Part shown: positions 14,190 to 31,300 of the stretch, in pieces
Layout: each line of letters begins with the position of its first letter
Position numbering within the stretch: position 1 is the stretch's first letter
Source: Eledone cirrhosa
Taxonomy: Eukaryota
Direction: 5' to 3'
Assembly: GCA_964016885.1 (NCBI GenBank)
Contig: OZ024743.1
Location: 137,020,001-137,084,000, forward strand
DNA: 64,000 nt
Position numbers and translations under genes: made by a program
Notes under the pieces: generated by a model
Database searches by the model: none
What the model was told of the DNA's origin: nothing
What the model saw: only the letters and a program-made list of their open reading frames with translations

Positions 14190-14880
14190 CCAAACACCAA
14201 ACACCAAGCACCAAGCACCAAACACCAGGCACCAATCACCAAGCACCAAACACCAAGCAGCAAGCACCAAACACCAAGCACCAAACACCAAGCACCAAGC
14301 ACCAAGCACCAAACACCAAGCACCAGGCACCAAGCACCAAACACCAAGCACCATGCACCAAGCACCAAGCCCCAAACACTTAACACCAAGCACCAAGCAC
14401 CAAGCACCAAACACCAATCACCAAAAACCAAACACCAAGCACCAAGTACCAAACACCAAGCACCAAGCACCAAACACCAAGCACCAAGCACCAATCACCA
14501 AACACCAAGGACCAAGCACCAAACACCAAGCACCAAGGACCAAACATCAAACACCAAGCACCAAGCACCAAACACCTAACACCAAGCACCAAGCACCAAG
14601 CACCGAACACCAAGCACATAACACCAAGCACCCAACACCAAGCACCAAGCACCAAACACCAAGCACCAAACACCAAGCACCAAGCACCAAGCACCAAACA
14701 CCAAGCACCAGGCACCAAGCACCAAACACCAAGCACCATGCACCAAGCACCAAGCCCCAAACACTTAACACCAAGCACCAAGCACCAAGCACCAAACACC
14801 AATCACCAAAAACCAAACACCAAGCACCAAGTACCAAACACCAAGCACCAAGCACCAAACACCAAGCACCAAACACCAAG
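14190..14880 (+). repeat. Short higher-order repeat of 385 bp (55 monomers) marked by CACCATG...CCCCAAA CACTTAA; related pairs at ~17009/17366 (357 bp) and ~20067/20452 (385 bp)
   Basis: CACTTAA at 14377 and 14762, at 17009 and 17366, and at 20067 and 20452, each with matching flanks (CACCAAT CACCAAA AACCAAA ... TACCAAA). Confidence 0.8.
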
Positions 14881-17800
14881 CACCAAACACCAAGCTCCAA
14901 ACACCAAGCACCAAACACCAAACACCAAGCACCAAGCACCAAGCACCAAACACCAAGTACCAAACACCAAGCACCAAACACCAAGTCCCACGCACCAAGC
15001 AGCAAACACCAAGCACCAAGCCCCAAGCACCAAACACCAAGCACCAAGCACCAAGCCCCTAGCACCAAACACCAAACCCCAAGCACCAAGCACGCATCAC
15101 CAAACACCAAGCACCAAGCACCAAGCACCAAAAACCAAACACCAAACACCGAGCACCAAGAACCAAACACCAAACACCAAACAGCAAACACCAATCACCA
15201 AGCACGAAACACCAGGCACCAAGCACCAAGTACCAAACACCAAACACCAAGCACCAAACACCAGCCACCAAGCACCAAGCACCAAACACCAAACACCAAG
15301 CACTAAGCACCAAACACCAAACAGCAAGCACCAGGCACCAAGCACCAAACACCAAACACCAAGCACGCAGCACCAAACACCAAGCACCAAGCACCAAGCA
15401 CCAAACACCAAGCACCAAGCACCAAGCACCAAACACCAAACACCAAGCACCAAGCACCAAGAATCAAACACCAAACACCAAACAGCAAGCACCAAGCACC
15501 AAACACCAAGCACCAAACACCAAACACCAAGCACTAAGCACCAAACACCAAACAACAAGCACCAGGCACCAAGCACCAAACACCAAACACCAAGCACGCA
15601 GCACCAAACACCAAGCACCAAGCACCAAGCACCAAACACCAAGCACCAAGCACCAAGCACCAAACACCAAACACCAAACACCAAGCACCAAGAACCAAAC
15701 ACCAAACACCAAACAGCAGGCACCAAGCACCAAACACCAAGCACCAATCACCAAACACTAATCACCAAGCACCAAGCCCCAAACACCAAGCACCAAGCAG
15801 CAAGCACCAAACACCAAGCACCAAGCACCAAACACCAAGCACCAAACACCAAGCACCAAGCACCAAACACCAAACCCCAAGCACCAAAGACCAAGCACCA
15901 AGCACCAAGGACCAAACACCAAGCACCAAGCACCAAACACCAAGCACCAAGCACCAAACACCCAGCACCAAGCTCCAAGCACCAAACACCAAGCACCAAG
16001 CACCAAACACCAAACACCAAACACCAAGCATCAAGCACCAAACAGCAAGCACCAAACACCAAGCACCAAACACCAAGCACCAAACACAAAGTCCCACGCA
16101 CCAAGCACCAAACACCAAACACCAAGCACCAAGCACCAAACACCAAGCACCAAGCACCAAGCCCCTAGCACCAAACACCAAACACCAAGCAAAAAGCACA
16201 AAACACCAAGCACCAATCACCAAGCTCCAAACACCAAGCAGCAAGCAGCAAGCACCAAACATGAACGACCAAGCAACAAGCACCAAATACCAAACACCAA
16301 GCACCAAGGACCAAACATCAAACACCAAGCACCAAGAACCAAACGCCTAACACCAAGCACAAAGCACCAAGCACCAAGCACCAAACACCAAGCACCAATC
16401 ACCAAACACCAAGCACCAAGCACCAAATACCAAGCACCAGGCACCAAGCAGCAAACACCAAGCACCAAGCACCAAACACCAAGCACCAAACACAAAGCAC
16501 CAAGCACCAAACACCAAACCCCAAGCACCAAACACCAAACCTCAAGCACCAAGCACAAAACACTAATCACCAAGCACCAAGCACCAAACAACAAGCACCA
16601 AGCACCAAGCACCAAACACCAAGCACCAAGCACCAAGCACAAAACACCAAGCACCAAGCACCAAACACCAAACACCAAGCACCAAAGACCAAGCACGAAG
16701 CACCAAGCACCAAGCACCAAACAATAAGCACCAAGCACCAAGCACCAAACACCAAGCACCAAGCACCATGCACCAAGCACCAAGCACTAAGCACCAAACA
16801 CCAAGCCCCAAGCACCAAGCACCAAACACCAAACACCAAGCACCAAGCACCAAACACCAAGCACCAATCACCAAGCACCAAACACCAAGCAGCAAGCACC
16901 AAACACCAAGCACCAAACACCAAGCACCAAGCACCAAGCACCAAACACCAAGCACCAGGCACCAAGCACCAAACACCAAGCACCATGCACCAAGCACCAA
17001 GCCCCAAACACTTAACACCAAGCACCAAGCACCAAGCACCAAACACCAATCACCAAAAACCAAACACCAAGCACCAAGTACCAAACACCAAGCACCAAGC
17101 ACCAAACACCAAGCACCAAGCACCAATCACCAAACACCAAGAACCAAGCACCAAACACCAAGCACCAAGCACCAAACAGCAAACACCTAGCACCAAGCAC
17201 CAAACACCTAACACCAAGCACCAAGCACCAAGCACCGAACACCAAGCACATAACACCAAGCACCCAACACCAAGCACCAAGCACCAAGCACCAAGCACCA
17301 AACACCAAGCACCAGGCACCAAGCACCAAACACCAAGCACCATGCAACAAGCACCAAGCCCCAAACACTTAACACCAAGCACCAAGCACCAAGCACCAAA
17401 CACCAATCACCAAAAACCAAACACCAAGCACCAAGTACCAAACACCAAGCACCAAGCACCAAACACCAAGCACCAAGCACCAATCACCAAACACCAAGAA
17501 CCAAGCACCATACACCAAGCACCAAGCACCAAGCACCAGGCACCAAGCACCAAGCACCAAACACAAAACACCAAGCACCAAGCACCAAGCAGCAAACACC
17601 AAGCATCAAACACCAAACACCAAGCATCAAACACCAAACACCAAACACCAAGCACCAAACACCAAGCACCAAGCACCAAACACCAAACACCAAGCACCAA
17701 GCACCAAGCACCAAACAACAAACACCAAGCACCAAACACCAGATATCAAGCACAAAGCACCAAACACCAAACACCAAGCACCAAGCACCAAACACCAAAC

Positions 17801-20800
17801 AACAAGCACCAGGCACCAAGCACCAAACACCAAACACCAAGCACCAAGCACCAAACACCAAACACCAAGCACGCAGCATCAAACACCAAGCACCAAGCAC
17901 CAAGCACCAAACACCAAGCACCAAGCACCAAACACCAAGCACCAAACACAAAGCACCAAGCACCAAACACCAAGCACCAAGCACCAAACACCAAGCACCA
18001 AGCACCAAACACCAAACCACTAGCACCTAACACCAAACCCCAAGCACCAAGCACCAAACACTAATCACCAAGCACCAAGCACCAAACAACAAGCACCAAG
18101 CACCAAGCACCAAACACCAAGCACCAAGCACCAAGCACAAAACACCAAGCACCAAGCACCAAACACCAAACACCAAGCACCAAAGACCAAGCACGAAGCA
18201 CCAAGCACCAAGCACCAAACAATAAGCACCAAGCACCAAGCACCAAACACCAACCACCCAGCACCAAGCACCAAGCACCAAACACCAGGCACCAAACACT
18301 AAACACCAAACACCAAGCACCAAGCACCAAGCACCAAACACCAAGCACCAAGCACTAAGCACCAAACACCAAGCCCCAAGCACCAAGCACCAAACACCAA
18401 ACACCAAGCACCAAGCACCAAACACCAAGCAGCAAGCAGCAAGCACCAAACACCAAACACCAAGCACCAAGCACCAAACACCAAGCACCAAGCACCAAAC
18501 ACCAAACACCAAGCACCAAAGACCAAGTACGAAGCACCAAGCACCAAGCACCAAACAATAAGCACCAAGCACCAAGCACCAAACACCAAGCACCAAACAC
18601 CAAGCCCCAAGCACCAAGCACCAAACACCAAACACCAAGCACCAAGCACCAAACACCAAGCACCAAGCACCATGCACCTAGCACCAAACACCAAACACCA
18701 AGCACCAAGCACCAAACACCAAGCACCAATCACCAAGCACCAAACACCAAGCAGCAAGCAGCAAGCACCAAACACCAAACACCAAGCACCAAGCACCAAA
18801 CACCAAGCACCAAGACCAAACATCAAACACCAAGCACCAAGCACCAAAAACCTAACACCAAGCACCAAGCACCAAGCACCAAGCACCGAACACCAAGCAC
18901 ATAACACCAAGCACCAAACACCAAGCACCAAGCACCAAACACCAAGCACCAAACACCAAGCACCAAGCACCAAACAACAACCACCCAGCACCAAGCACCA
19001 AGCACCAAACACCAGGCACCAAACACTAAACACCAAACACCAAGCACCAAGCACCAAGCACCAAACACCAAGCACCAAGCACTAAGCACCAAACACCAAG
19101 CCCCAAGCACCAAGCACCAAACACCAAACACCAAGCACCAAGCACCAAACACCAAGCACCAAGCACCATGCACCTAGCACCAAACACCAAACACCAAGCA
19201 CCAAGCACCAAACACCAAGCACCAATCACCAAGCACCAAACACCAAGCAGCAAGCAGCAAGCACCAAACACCAAACACCAAGCACCAAGCACCAAACACC
19301 AAGCACCAAGGACCAAACATCAAACACCAAGCACCAAGCACCAAACACCTAACACCAAGCACCAAGCACCAAGCACCAAGCACCGAACACCAAGCACATA
19401 ACACCAAGCACCAAACACCAAGCACCAACCACCAAACACCAAGCACCAAGCACCAAATACCAAGCACCAGGCACCAAGCAGCAAACACCAAGCACCAAGC
19501 ACCAAACACCAAGCACCAAACACAAAGCACCAAGCACCAAACACCAAACCCCAAGCACCAAACACCAAACCTCAAGCACCAAGCACAAAACACTAATCAC
19601 CAAGCACCAAGCACCAAACAACAAGCACCAAGCACCAAGCACCAGGCACCAAGCACCAAGCACCAAACACTAATCACCAAGCACCAACCACCAAGCACCA
19701 AACACCAAGCACCAAGCACCAAGCACAAAACACCAAGCACCAAACAACAAACACCAAACACCAAGCACCAAAGACCAAGCACGAAGCACCAAGCACCAAG
19801 CACCATACAATAAGCACCAAGCACCAAGCACCAAACACCAAGCACCAAGCACCATGCACCAAGCACCAAGCACTAAGCACCAAACACCAAGCCCCAAGCA
19901 CCAAGCACCAAACACCAAACACCAATCACCAAGCACCAAACACCAAGCAGCAAGAACCAAACACCAAGCACCAAACACCAAGCACCAAGCACCAAGCACC
20001 AAACACCAAACACCAGGCACCAAGCACCAAACACCAAGCACCATGCACCAAGCACCAAGCCCCAAACACTTAACACCAAGCACCAAGCACCAAGTACCAA
20101 ACACCAATCACCAAAAACCAAACACCAAGCACCAAGTACCAAACACCAAGCACCAAGCACCAAACACCAAGCACCAAGCACCAATCACCAAACACCAAGA
20201 ACCAAGCACCAAACACCAAGCACCAAGGACCAAACATCAAACACCAAGCACCAAGCACCAAACACCTAACACCAAGCACCAAGCACCAAGCACCGAACAC
20301 CAAGCACATAACACCAAGCACCCAACACCAAGCACCAAGCACCAAACACCAAGCACCAAACACCAAGCACCAAGCACCAAGCACCAAACACCAAGCACCA
20401 GGCACCAAGCACCAAACACCAAGCACCATGCACCAAGCACCAAGCCCCAAACACTTAACACCAAGCACCAAGCACCAAGCACCAAACACCAATCACCAAA
20501 AACCAAACACCAAGCACCAAGTACCAAACACCAAGCACCAAGCACCAAACACCAAGCACCAAGCACCAATCACCAAACACCAAGAACCAAGCACCATACA
20601 CCAAGCACCAAGCACCAAGCACCAGGCACCAAGCACCAAGCACCAAACACAAAACACCAAGCACCAAGCACCAAGCAGCAAACACCAAGCATCAAACACC
20701 AAACACCAAACACCAAGCACCAAGCACCAAACACCAAACACCAAGCACCAAGCACCAAGCACCAAACAACAAACACCAAGCACCAAACACCAGATATCAA

Positions 20801-22339
20801 GCACCAAGCACCAAACACCAAACACCAAGCACCAAGCCCCAAGCACCAAACAACAAGCACCAGGCACCAAGCACCAAACACCAAACACCAAGCACCAAGC
20901 ACCAAACACCAAACACCAAGCACGCAGCATCAAACACCAAGCACCAAGCACCAAGCACCAAACACCAAGCACCAAGCACCAAACACCAAGCACCAAACAC
21001 AAAGCACCAAGCACCAAACACCAAGCACCAAGCACCAAACACCAAGCACCAAGCACCAAACACCAAACCACTAGCACCTAACACCAAACCCCAAGCACCA
21101 AGCACCAAACACTAATCACCAAGCACCAAGCACCAAACAACAAGCACCAAGCACCAAGCACCAGGCACCAAGCACCAAGCACCAAACACTAATCACCAAG
21201 CACCAAGCACCAAGCACCAAACACCAAGCACCAAGCACCAAGCACAAAACACCAAGCACCAAGCACCAAACACCAAACACCAAGCACCAAAGACCAAGCA
21301 CGAAGCACCAAGCACCAAGCACCAAACAATAAGCACCAAGCACCAAGCACCAAACACCAAGCACCAAGCACCAAACACCAACCACCCAGCACCAAGCACC
21401 AAGCACCAAACACCAGGCACCAAACACTAAACACCAAACACCAAGCACCAAGCACCAAGCACCAAACACCAAGCACCAAGCACTAAGCACCAAACACCAA
21501 GCCCCAAGCACCAAGCACCAAACACCAAACACCAAGCACCAAGCACCAAACACCAAGCAGCAAGCAGCAAGCACCAAACACCAAACACCAAGCACCAAGC
21601 ACCAAACACCAAGCACCAAGCACCAAACACCAAACACCAAGCACCAAAGACCAAGCACGAAGCACCAAGCACCAAGCACCAAACAATAAGCACCAAGCAC
21701 CAAGCACCAAACACCAAGCACCAAACACCAAGCCCCAAGCACCAAGCACCAAACACCAAACACCAAGCACCAAGCACCAAACACCAAGCACCAAGCACCA
21801 TGCACCTAGCACCAAACACCAAACACCAAGCACCAAGCACCAAACACCAAGCACCAATCACCAAGCACCAAACACCAAGCAGCAAGCAGCAAGCACCAAA
21901 CACCAAACACCAAGCACCAAGCACCAAACACCAAGCACCAAGGACCAAACATCAAACACCAAGCACCAAGCACCAAAAACCTAACACCAAGCACCAAGCA
22001 CCAAGCACCAAGCACCGAACACCAAGCACATAACACCAAGCACCAAACACCAAGCACCAAGCACCAAACACCAAGCACCAAACACCAAGCACCAAGCACC
22101 AAGCACCAAACACCAAGCACCAGGCACCAAGCACCAAACACCAAGCACCATGCACCAAGCACCAAGCCCCAAACACTTAACACCAAGCACCAAGCACCAA
22201 GCACCAAACACCAATCACCAAAAACCAAACACCAAGCACCAAGTACCAAACACCAGGCACCAAGCACCAAGCAGCAAACACCAAGCATCAAACACCAAAC
22301 ACCAAACACCAAGCACCAAACACCAAGCACCAAGCACCA

Positions 22340-25300
22340 AACACCAAACACCAAGCACCAAGCACCAAGCACCAAACAACAAACACCAAGCACCAAACAC
22401 CAGATATCAAGCACCAAGCACCAAACACCAAACACCAAGCACCAAGCACCAAACACCAAACAACAAGCACCAGGCACCAAGCACCAAACACCAAACACGA
22501 AGCACCAAGCACCAAACACCAAGCACCAAGGACCAAACATCAAACACCAAGCACCAAGCACCAAACATCTAACACCAAGCACCAAGCACCAAGCACCGAA
22601 CACCAAGCACATAACACCAAGCACCAAACACCAAGCACCAAGCACCAAACACCAAGCACCAAACACCAAGCACCAAGCACCAAGCACCAAACACCAAGCA
22701 CCAGGCACCAAGCACCAAACACCAAGCACCATGCACCAAGCACCAAGCCCCAAACACTTAACACCAAGCACCAAGCACCAAGCACCAAACACCAATCACC
22801 AAAAACCAAACACCAAGCACCAAGCACCAAACACAAAACACCAAGCACCAAGCACCAAGCAGCAAACACCAAGCATCAAACACCAAACACCAAACACCAA
22901 GCACCAAACACCAAGCACCAAGCACCAAACACCAAACACCAAGCACCAAGCACCAAGCACCAAACAACAAACACCAAGCACCAAACACCAGATATCAAGC
23001 ACCAAGCACCAAACACCAAACACCAAGCACCAAGCACCAAACACCAAACAACAAGCACCAGGCACCAAACACCAAACACCAAACACCAAACACCAAGCAC
23101 CAAGCACCAAACACCAAACACCAAGCACGCAGCATCAGACACCAAGCACCAAGCACCAAGCACCAAACACCAAGCACCAAGCACCAACACCAACCACCAA
23201 ACACAGAGCACCAAGCACCAAACACCAAGCACCAAGCACCAAACACCAAGCACCAAGCACCAAACACCAAACCACAAGCACCAAACACCAAACCCCAAGC
23301 ACCAAGCACCAGACACTAATCACCAAGCACCAAGCACCAAACAACAAGCACCAAACACTAATCACCAAGCACCAAGCACCAAGCACCAAACACCAAGCAC
23401 CAAGCACCAAGCACAAAACACCAAGCACCAAGCACCAAACACCGAACACCAAGCACCAATGACCAAGCACGAAGCACCAAGCACCAAGCACCAAACAATA
23501 AGCACCAAGCACCAAGCACCAAACACCAAGCACCAAGCACCAAACACCAACCACCCAGCACCAAGCACCAAGCACCAAACACCAGGCACCAAACACTAAA
23601 CACCAGACACCAAGCACCAAGCACCAAGCACCAAACACCAAGCACCAAGCACCAAGCACCAAACACCAAACACCAAGCACCAAGCACCAAACACCAAGCA
23701 GCAAGCAGCAAGCACCAAACACCAAACACCAAGCACCAAGCACCAAACACCAAGCACCAAGCACCAAACACCAAATACCAAGCACCAAAGACCAAGCACG
23801 AAGCACCACGCACCAAGCACCAAACAATAAGCTCCAAGCACCAAGCACCAAACACCAAGCACCAAACACCAAGCCCCAAGCACCAAGCACCAAACACCAA
23901 GCAGCAAGCAGCAAGCACCAAACACCAAACACCAAGCACCAAGCACCAAACACCAAGCACCAAGGATCAAACATCAAACACCAAGCACCAAGTACCAAAC
24001 ACCTAACACCAAGCACCAAGCACCAAGCACCAAGCACCGAACACCAAGCACATAACACCAAGCACCAAACACCAAGCACCAAGCACCAAACACAAGCACC
24101 AAACACCAAGCACCAAGCACCAAACACCAACCACCCAGCACCAAGCACCAAGCACCAAACACCAGGCACCAAACACTAAACACCAAACACCAAGCACCAA
24201 GCACCAAGCACCAAACACCAAGCACCAAGCCCTAAGCACCAAACACCAAGCTCCAAGCACCAAGCACCAAACACCAAACACCAAGCACCAAGCACCAAAC
24301 TCCAAGCACCAAGCACCATGAACCTAGCACCAAACACCAAACACCAAGCACCAAGCACCAAACACCAAGCACCAATCACCAAGCACCAAACACCAAGCAG
24401 CAAGCAGCAAGCACCACACACCAAACACCAAGCACCAAGCACCAAACACCAAGCACCAAGGACCAAACATCAAACACCAAGCACCAAGCACCAAACACCT
24501 AACACCAAGCACCAAGCACCAAGCACCAAGCACCGAACACCAAGCACATAACACCAAGCACCAAACACCAAGCACCAAGCACCAAACACCAAGCACCAAA
24601 CACCAAGCACCAAGCACCAAGCACCAAACACCAAGCACCAGGCACCAAGCCCCAAACACCAAGCACCATGCACCAAGCACCAAGCCCCAAACACTTAACA
24701 CCAAGCACCAAGCACCAAGCACCAAACACCAATCACCAAAAACCAAACACCAAGCACCAAGTACCAAACACCAAGCACCAAGCACCAAACACCAAGCACC
24801 AAGCACCAATCACCAAACACCAAGAACCAAGCACCATACACCAAGCACCAAGCACCAAGGACCAGGCACCAAGCACCAAGCAGCAAACACCAAGCATCAA
24901 ACACCAAACACCAAACACCAAGCACCAAACACCAAGCACCAAGCACCAAACACCAAACACCAAGCACCAAGCACCAAGAACCAAACAACAAACACCAAGC
25001 ACCAAACACCAGATATCAAGCACCAAGCACCAAACACCAAACACCAAGCACCAAGCACCAAACACCAAACAACAAGCACCAGGCACCAAGCACCAAACAC
25101 CAAACACCAAGCACCAAACACCAAGCACCAAGCACCAAACACCAAACCACAAGCACCAAACACCAAACCCCAAGCACCAAACACCAAACACCAAACACCA
25201 AGCACGCAGCATCAAAGACCAAGCACCAAGCACCAAGCACCAAACACCAAGCACCAAGCACCAAATACCAAGCACCAAACACAAAGCACCAAGCACCAAA

Positions 25301-28300
25301 CACCAAGCACCAAGCACCAAACACCAAGCACCAAGCACCAAACACCAAACCACAAGCACCAAACACCAAACCCCAAGCACCAAGCACCAAACACTAATCA
25401 CCAAGCACCAAGCACCAAACAACAAGCACCAAGCACCAAACACCAGGCACCAAGCACCAAGCACCAAACACTAATCACCAAGCACCAAGCACCAAGCACC
25501 AAACACCATGCACCAAGCACCAAGCACCAAAAACCAAGAACCAAGCACCAAACACCAAACACCAAGATCCAAACACCAAGCACCAAGCACCAAGCACCAA
25601 CCACCCTGCACCAAGCACCAAGCACCAAACACCAAGCACCAAACACCAAGCACCATGCACCAAGCACCAAGCACCAAGCACCAAACACCAAGCACCAAGC
25701 ACTAAGCACCAAACACCAAGCCCCAAGTACCAAGCACCAAACACCAAACACCCAGCACCAAGCACCAAGCACCAAACACCAGGCACCAAACACTAAACAC
25801 CAAACACCAAGCACCAAGCACCAAGCACCAAACACCAAGCACCAAGCACTAAGCACCAAACACCAAGCTCCAAGCACCAAGCACCAAACACCAAACACAA
25901 GCACCAAGCACCAAACACCAAGCACCAAGCACCATGCACCTAGCACCAAACACCAAACACCAAGCACCAAGCACCAAACACCAAGCACCAATCACCAAGC
26001 ACCAAACACCAAGCAGCAAGCAGCAAGCACCAAACACCAAACACCAAGCACCAAGCACCAAGCACCAAGCACCGAACACCAAGAACATAACACCAAGCAC
26101 CAAACACCAAGCACCAAGCACCAAACACAAAGCACCAAACACCAAGCACCAAGCACCAAGCACCAAACACCAAGCACCAGGCACCAAGCACCAAACACCA
26201 AGCACCATGCACCAAGCACCAAGCCCCAAACACTTAACACCAAGCACCAAGCACCAAGCACCAAACACCAATCACCAAAAACCAAACACCAAGCACCAAG
26301 TACCAAACACCAAGCACCAAGCACCAAACACCAAGCACCAAGCACCAATCACCAAACACCAAGAACCAAGCACCATACACCAAGCACCAAGCACCAAGGA
26401 CCAGGCACCAAGCACCAAGCAGCAAACACCAAGCATCAAACACCAAACACCAAACACCAAGCACCAAACACCAAGCACCAAGCACCAAACACCAAACACC
26501 AAGCACCAAGCACCAAGAACCAAACAACAAACACCAAGCACCAAACACCAGATATCAAGCACCAAGCACCAAACACCAAACACCAAGCACCAAGCACCAA
26601 ACACCAAACAACAAGCACCAGGCACCAAGCACCAAACACCAAACACCAAACACCAAGCACCAAACACCAAGCACCAAGCACCAAACACCAAACCACAAGC
26701 ACCAAACACCAAACCCCAAGCACCAAACACCAAACACCAAACACCAAGCACGCAGCATCAAAGACCAAGCACCAAGCACCAAGCACCAAACACCAAGCAC
26801 CAAGCACCAAATACCAAGCACCAAACACAAAGCACCAAGCACCAAACACCAAGCACCAAGCACCAAACACCAAGCACCAAGCACCAAACACCAAACCACA
26901 AGCACCAAACACCAAACCCCAAGCACCAAGTACCAAACACTAATCACCAAGCACCAAGCACCAAACAACAAGCACCAAGCACCAAACACCAAACACCAAA
27001 CACCAAGCACCAAACACCAAGCACCAAGCACCAAGCACCAAACAACAAACACCAAGCACCAAACACCAGATATCAAGCACCAAGCACCAAACACCAAACA
27101 CCAAGCACCAATCACCAAACACCAAACAACAAGCACCAGGCACCAAGCACCAAACACCAAACACCAAGCACCAAGCACCAAACACCAAGCACCAAGGACC
27201 AAACATCAAACACCAAGCACCAAGCACCAAACACCTAACACCAAGCACCAAGCACCAAGCACCGAACACCAAGCACATAACACCAAGCACCAAACACCAA
27301 GCACCAAGCACCAAACACCAAGCACCAAACACCAAGCACCAAGCACCAAGCACCAAACACCAAGCACCAGGCACCAAGCACCAAACACCAAGCACCATGC
27401 ACCAAGCACCAAGCCCCAAACACTTAACACCAAGCACCAAGCACCAAGCACCAAACACCAATCACCAAAAACCAAACACCAAGCACCAAGCACCAAACAC
27501 AAAACACCAAGCACCAAGCACCAAGCAGCAAACACCAAGCATCAAACACCAAACACCAAACACCAAGCACCAAACACCAAGCACCAAGCACCAAACACCA
27601 AACACCAAGCACCAAGCACCAAGCACCAAACAACAAACACCAAGCACCAAACACCAGATATCAAGCACCAAGCACCAAACACCAAACACCAAGCACCAAG
27701 CACCAAACACCAAACAACAAGCACCAGGCACCAAACACCAAACACCAAACACCAAACACCAAGCACCAAGCACCAAACACCAAACACCAAGCACGCAGCA
27801 TCAAACACCAAGCACCAAGCACCAAGCACCAAACACCAAGCACCAAGCACCAACACCAAGCACCAAACACAGAGCACCAAGCACCAAACACCAAGCACCA
27901 AGCACCAAACACCAAGCACCAAGCACCAAACACCAAACCACAAGCACCAAACACCAAACCCCAAGCACCAAGCACCAAACACTAATCACCAAGCACCAAG
28001 CACCAAACAACAAGCACCAAGCACCAAGCACCAGGCACCAAGCACCAAGCACCAAACACTAATCACCAAGCACCAAGCACCAAGCACCAAACACCAAGCA
28101 CCAAGCACCAAGCACAAAACACCAAGCACCAAGCACCAAACACCGAACACCAAGCACCAATGACCAAGCACGAAGCACCAAGCACCAAGCACCAAACAAT
28201 AAGCACCAAGCACCAAGCACAAAACACCAAGCACCAAGCACCAAACACCAACCACCCAGCACCAAGCACCAAGCACCAAACACCAGGCACCAAACACTAA

Positions 28301-31300
28301 ACACCAGACACCAAGCACCAAGCACCAAGCACCAAACACCAAGCACCAAGCACTAAGCACCAAACACCAAGCCCCAAGCACCAAGCACCAAACACCAAAC
28401 ACCAAGCACCAAGCACCAAACACCAAGCAGCAAGCAGCAAGCACCAAACACCAAACACCAAGCACCAAGCACCAAACACCAAGCACCAAGCACCAAACAC
28501 CAAATACCAAGCACCAAAGACCAAGCACGAAGCACCACGCACCAAGCACCAAACAATAAGCACCAAGCACCAAGCACCAAACACCAAGCACCAAACACCA
28601 AGCCCCAAGCACCAAGCACCAAACACCAAACACCAAGCACCAAGCACCAAACACCAAGCACCAAGCACCATGCACCTAGCACCAAACACCAAACACCAAG
28701 CACCAAGCACCAAACACCAAGCACCAATCACCAAGCACCAAACACCAAGCAGCAAGCAGCAAGCACCAAACACCAAACACCAAGCACCAAGCACCAAACA
28801 CCAAGCACCAAGGACCAAACATCAAACACCAAGCACCAAGTACCAAACACCTAACACCAAGCACCAAGCACCAAGCACCAAGCACCGAACACCAAGCACA
28901 TAACACCAAGCACCAAACACCAAGCACCAAGCACCAAACACAAGCACCAAACACCAAGCACCAAGCACCAAACACCAACCACCCAGCACCAAGCACCAAG
29001 CACCAAACACCAGGCACCAAACACTAAACACCAAACACCAAGCACCAAGCACCAAGCACCAAACACCAAGCACCAAGCACTAAGCACCAAACACCAAGCT
29101 CCAAGCACCAAGCACCAAACACCAAACACCAAGCACCAAGCACCAAACACCAAGCACCAAGCACCATGCACCTAGCACCAAACACCAAACACCAAGCACC
29201 AAGCACCAAACACCAAGCACCAATCACCAAGCACCAAACACCAAGCAGCAAGCAGCAAGCACCACACACCAAACACCAAGCACCAAGCACCAAACACCAA
29301 GCACCAAGGACCAAACATCAAACACCAAGCACCAAGCACCAAACACCTAACACCAAGCACCAAGCACCAAGCACCAAGCACCGAACACCAAGCACATAAC
29401 ACCAAGCACCAAACACCAAGCACCAAGCACCAAACACCAAGCACCAAACACCAAGCACCAAGCACCAAGCACCAAACACCAAGCACCAGGCACCAAGCAC
29501 CAAACACCAAGCACCATGCACCAAGCACCAAGCCCCAAACACTTAACACCAAGCACCAAGCACCAAGCACCAAACACCAATCACCAAAAACCAAACACCA
29601 AGCACCAAGTACCAAACACCAAGCACCAAGCACCAAACACCAAGCACCAAGCACCAATCACCAAACACCAAGAACCAAGCACCATACACCAAGCACCAAG
29701 CACCAAGGACCAGGCACCAAGCACCAAGCACCAAACACCAAGCACCAAGCACCAAACACCAAACACCAAGCACCAAGCACCAAGAACCAAACAACAAACA
29801 CCAAGCACCAAACACCAGATATCAAGCACCAAGCACCAAACACCAAACACCAAGCACCAAGCACCAAACACCAAACAACAAGCACCAGGCACCAAGCACC
29901 AAACACCAAACACCAAGCACCAAACACCAAGCACCAAGCACCAAACACCAAACCACAAGCACCAAACACCAAACCCCAAGCACCAAACACCAAACACCAA
30001 ACACCAAGCACGCAGCATCAAAGACCAAGCACCAAGCACCAAGCACCAAACACCAAGCACCAAGCACCAAATACCAAGCACCAAACACAAAGCACCAAGC
30101 ACCAAACACCAAGCACCAAGCACCAAACACCAAGCACCAAGCACCAAACACCAAACCACAAGCACCAAACACCAAACCCCAAGCACCAAGCACCAAACAC
30201 TAATCACCAAGCACCAAGCACCAAACAACAAGCACCAAGCACCAAACACCAGGCACCAAGCACCAAGCACCAAACACTAATCACCAAGCACCAAGCACCA
30301 AGCACCAAACACCATGCACCAAGCACCAAGCACCAAAAACCAAGAACCAAGCACCAAACACCAAACACCAAGATCCAAACACCAAGCACCAAGCACCAAG
30401 CACCAACCACCCAGCACCAAGCACCAAGCACCAAACACCAAGCACCAAACACCAAGCACCATGCACCAAGCACCAAGCACCAAGCACCAAACACCAAGCA
30501 CCAAGCACTAAGCACCAAACACCAAGCCCCAAGTACCAAGCACCAAACACCAAACACCCAGCACCAAGCACCAAGCACCAAACACCAGGCACCAAACACT
30601 AAACACCAAACACCAAGCACCAAGCACCAAGCACCAAACACCAAGCACCAAGCACTAAGCACCAAACACCAAGCTCCAAGCACCAAGCACCAAACACCAA
30701 ACACAAGCACCAAGCACCAAACACCAAGCACCAAGCACCATGCACCTAGCACCAAACACCAAACACCAAGCACCAAGCACCAAACACCAAGCACCAATCA
30801 CCAAGCACCAAACACCAAGCAGCAAGCATCAAGCACCAAACACCAAACACCAAGCACCAAGCACCAAGCACCAAGCACCGAACACCAAGCACATAACACC
30901 AAGCACCAAACACCAAGCACCAAGCACCAAACACAAAGCACCAAACACCAAGCACCAAGCACCAAGCACCAAACACCAAGCACCAGGCACCAAGCACCAA
31001 ACACCAAGCACCATGCACCAAGCACCAAGCCCCAAACACTTAACACCAAGCACCAAGCACCAAGCACCAAACACCAATCACCAAAAACCAAACACCAAGC
31101 ACCAAGTACCAAACACCAAGCACCAAGCACCAAACACCAAGCACCAAGCACCAATCACCAAACACCAAGAACCAAGCACCATACACCAAGCACCAAGCAC
31201 CAAGGACCAGGCACCAAGCACCAAGCAGCAAACACCAAGCATCAAACACCAAACACCAAACACCAAGCACCAAGAACCAAACAACAAACACCAAGCACCA

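Larger units (their letters stand above)
12200..17300 (+). repeat. Diverged tandem duplication, unit ~2.7 kb (offset 2,733 in the core)
   Basis: ORF offsets 12570/15303, 12731/15464, 13015/15748 and 13298/16031 all equal 2,733 (= 390x7+3, matching the +3 island at 13457-13480). Offsets drift by multiples of 7 toward the ends. Confidence 0.8.
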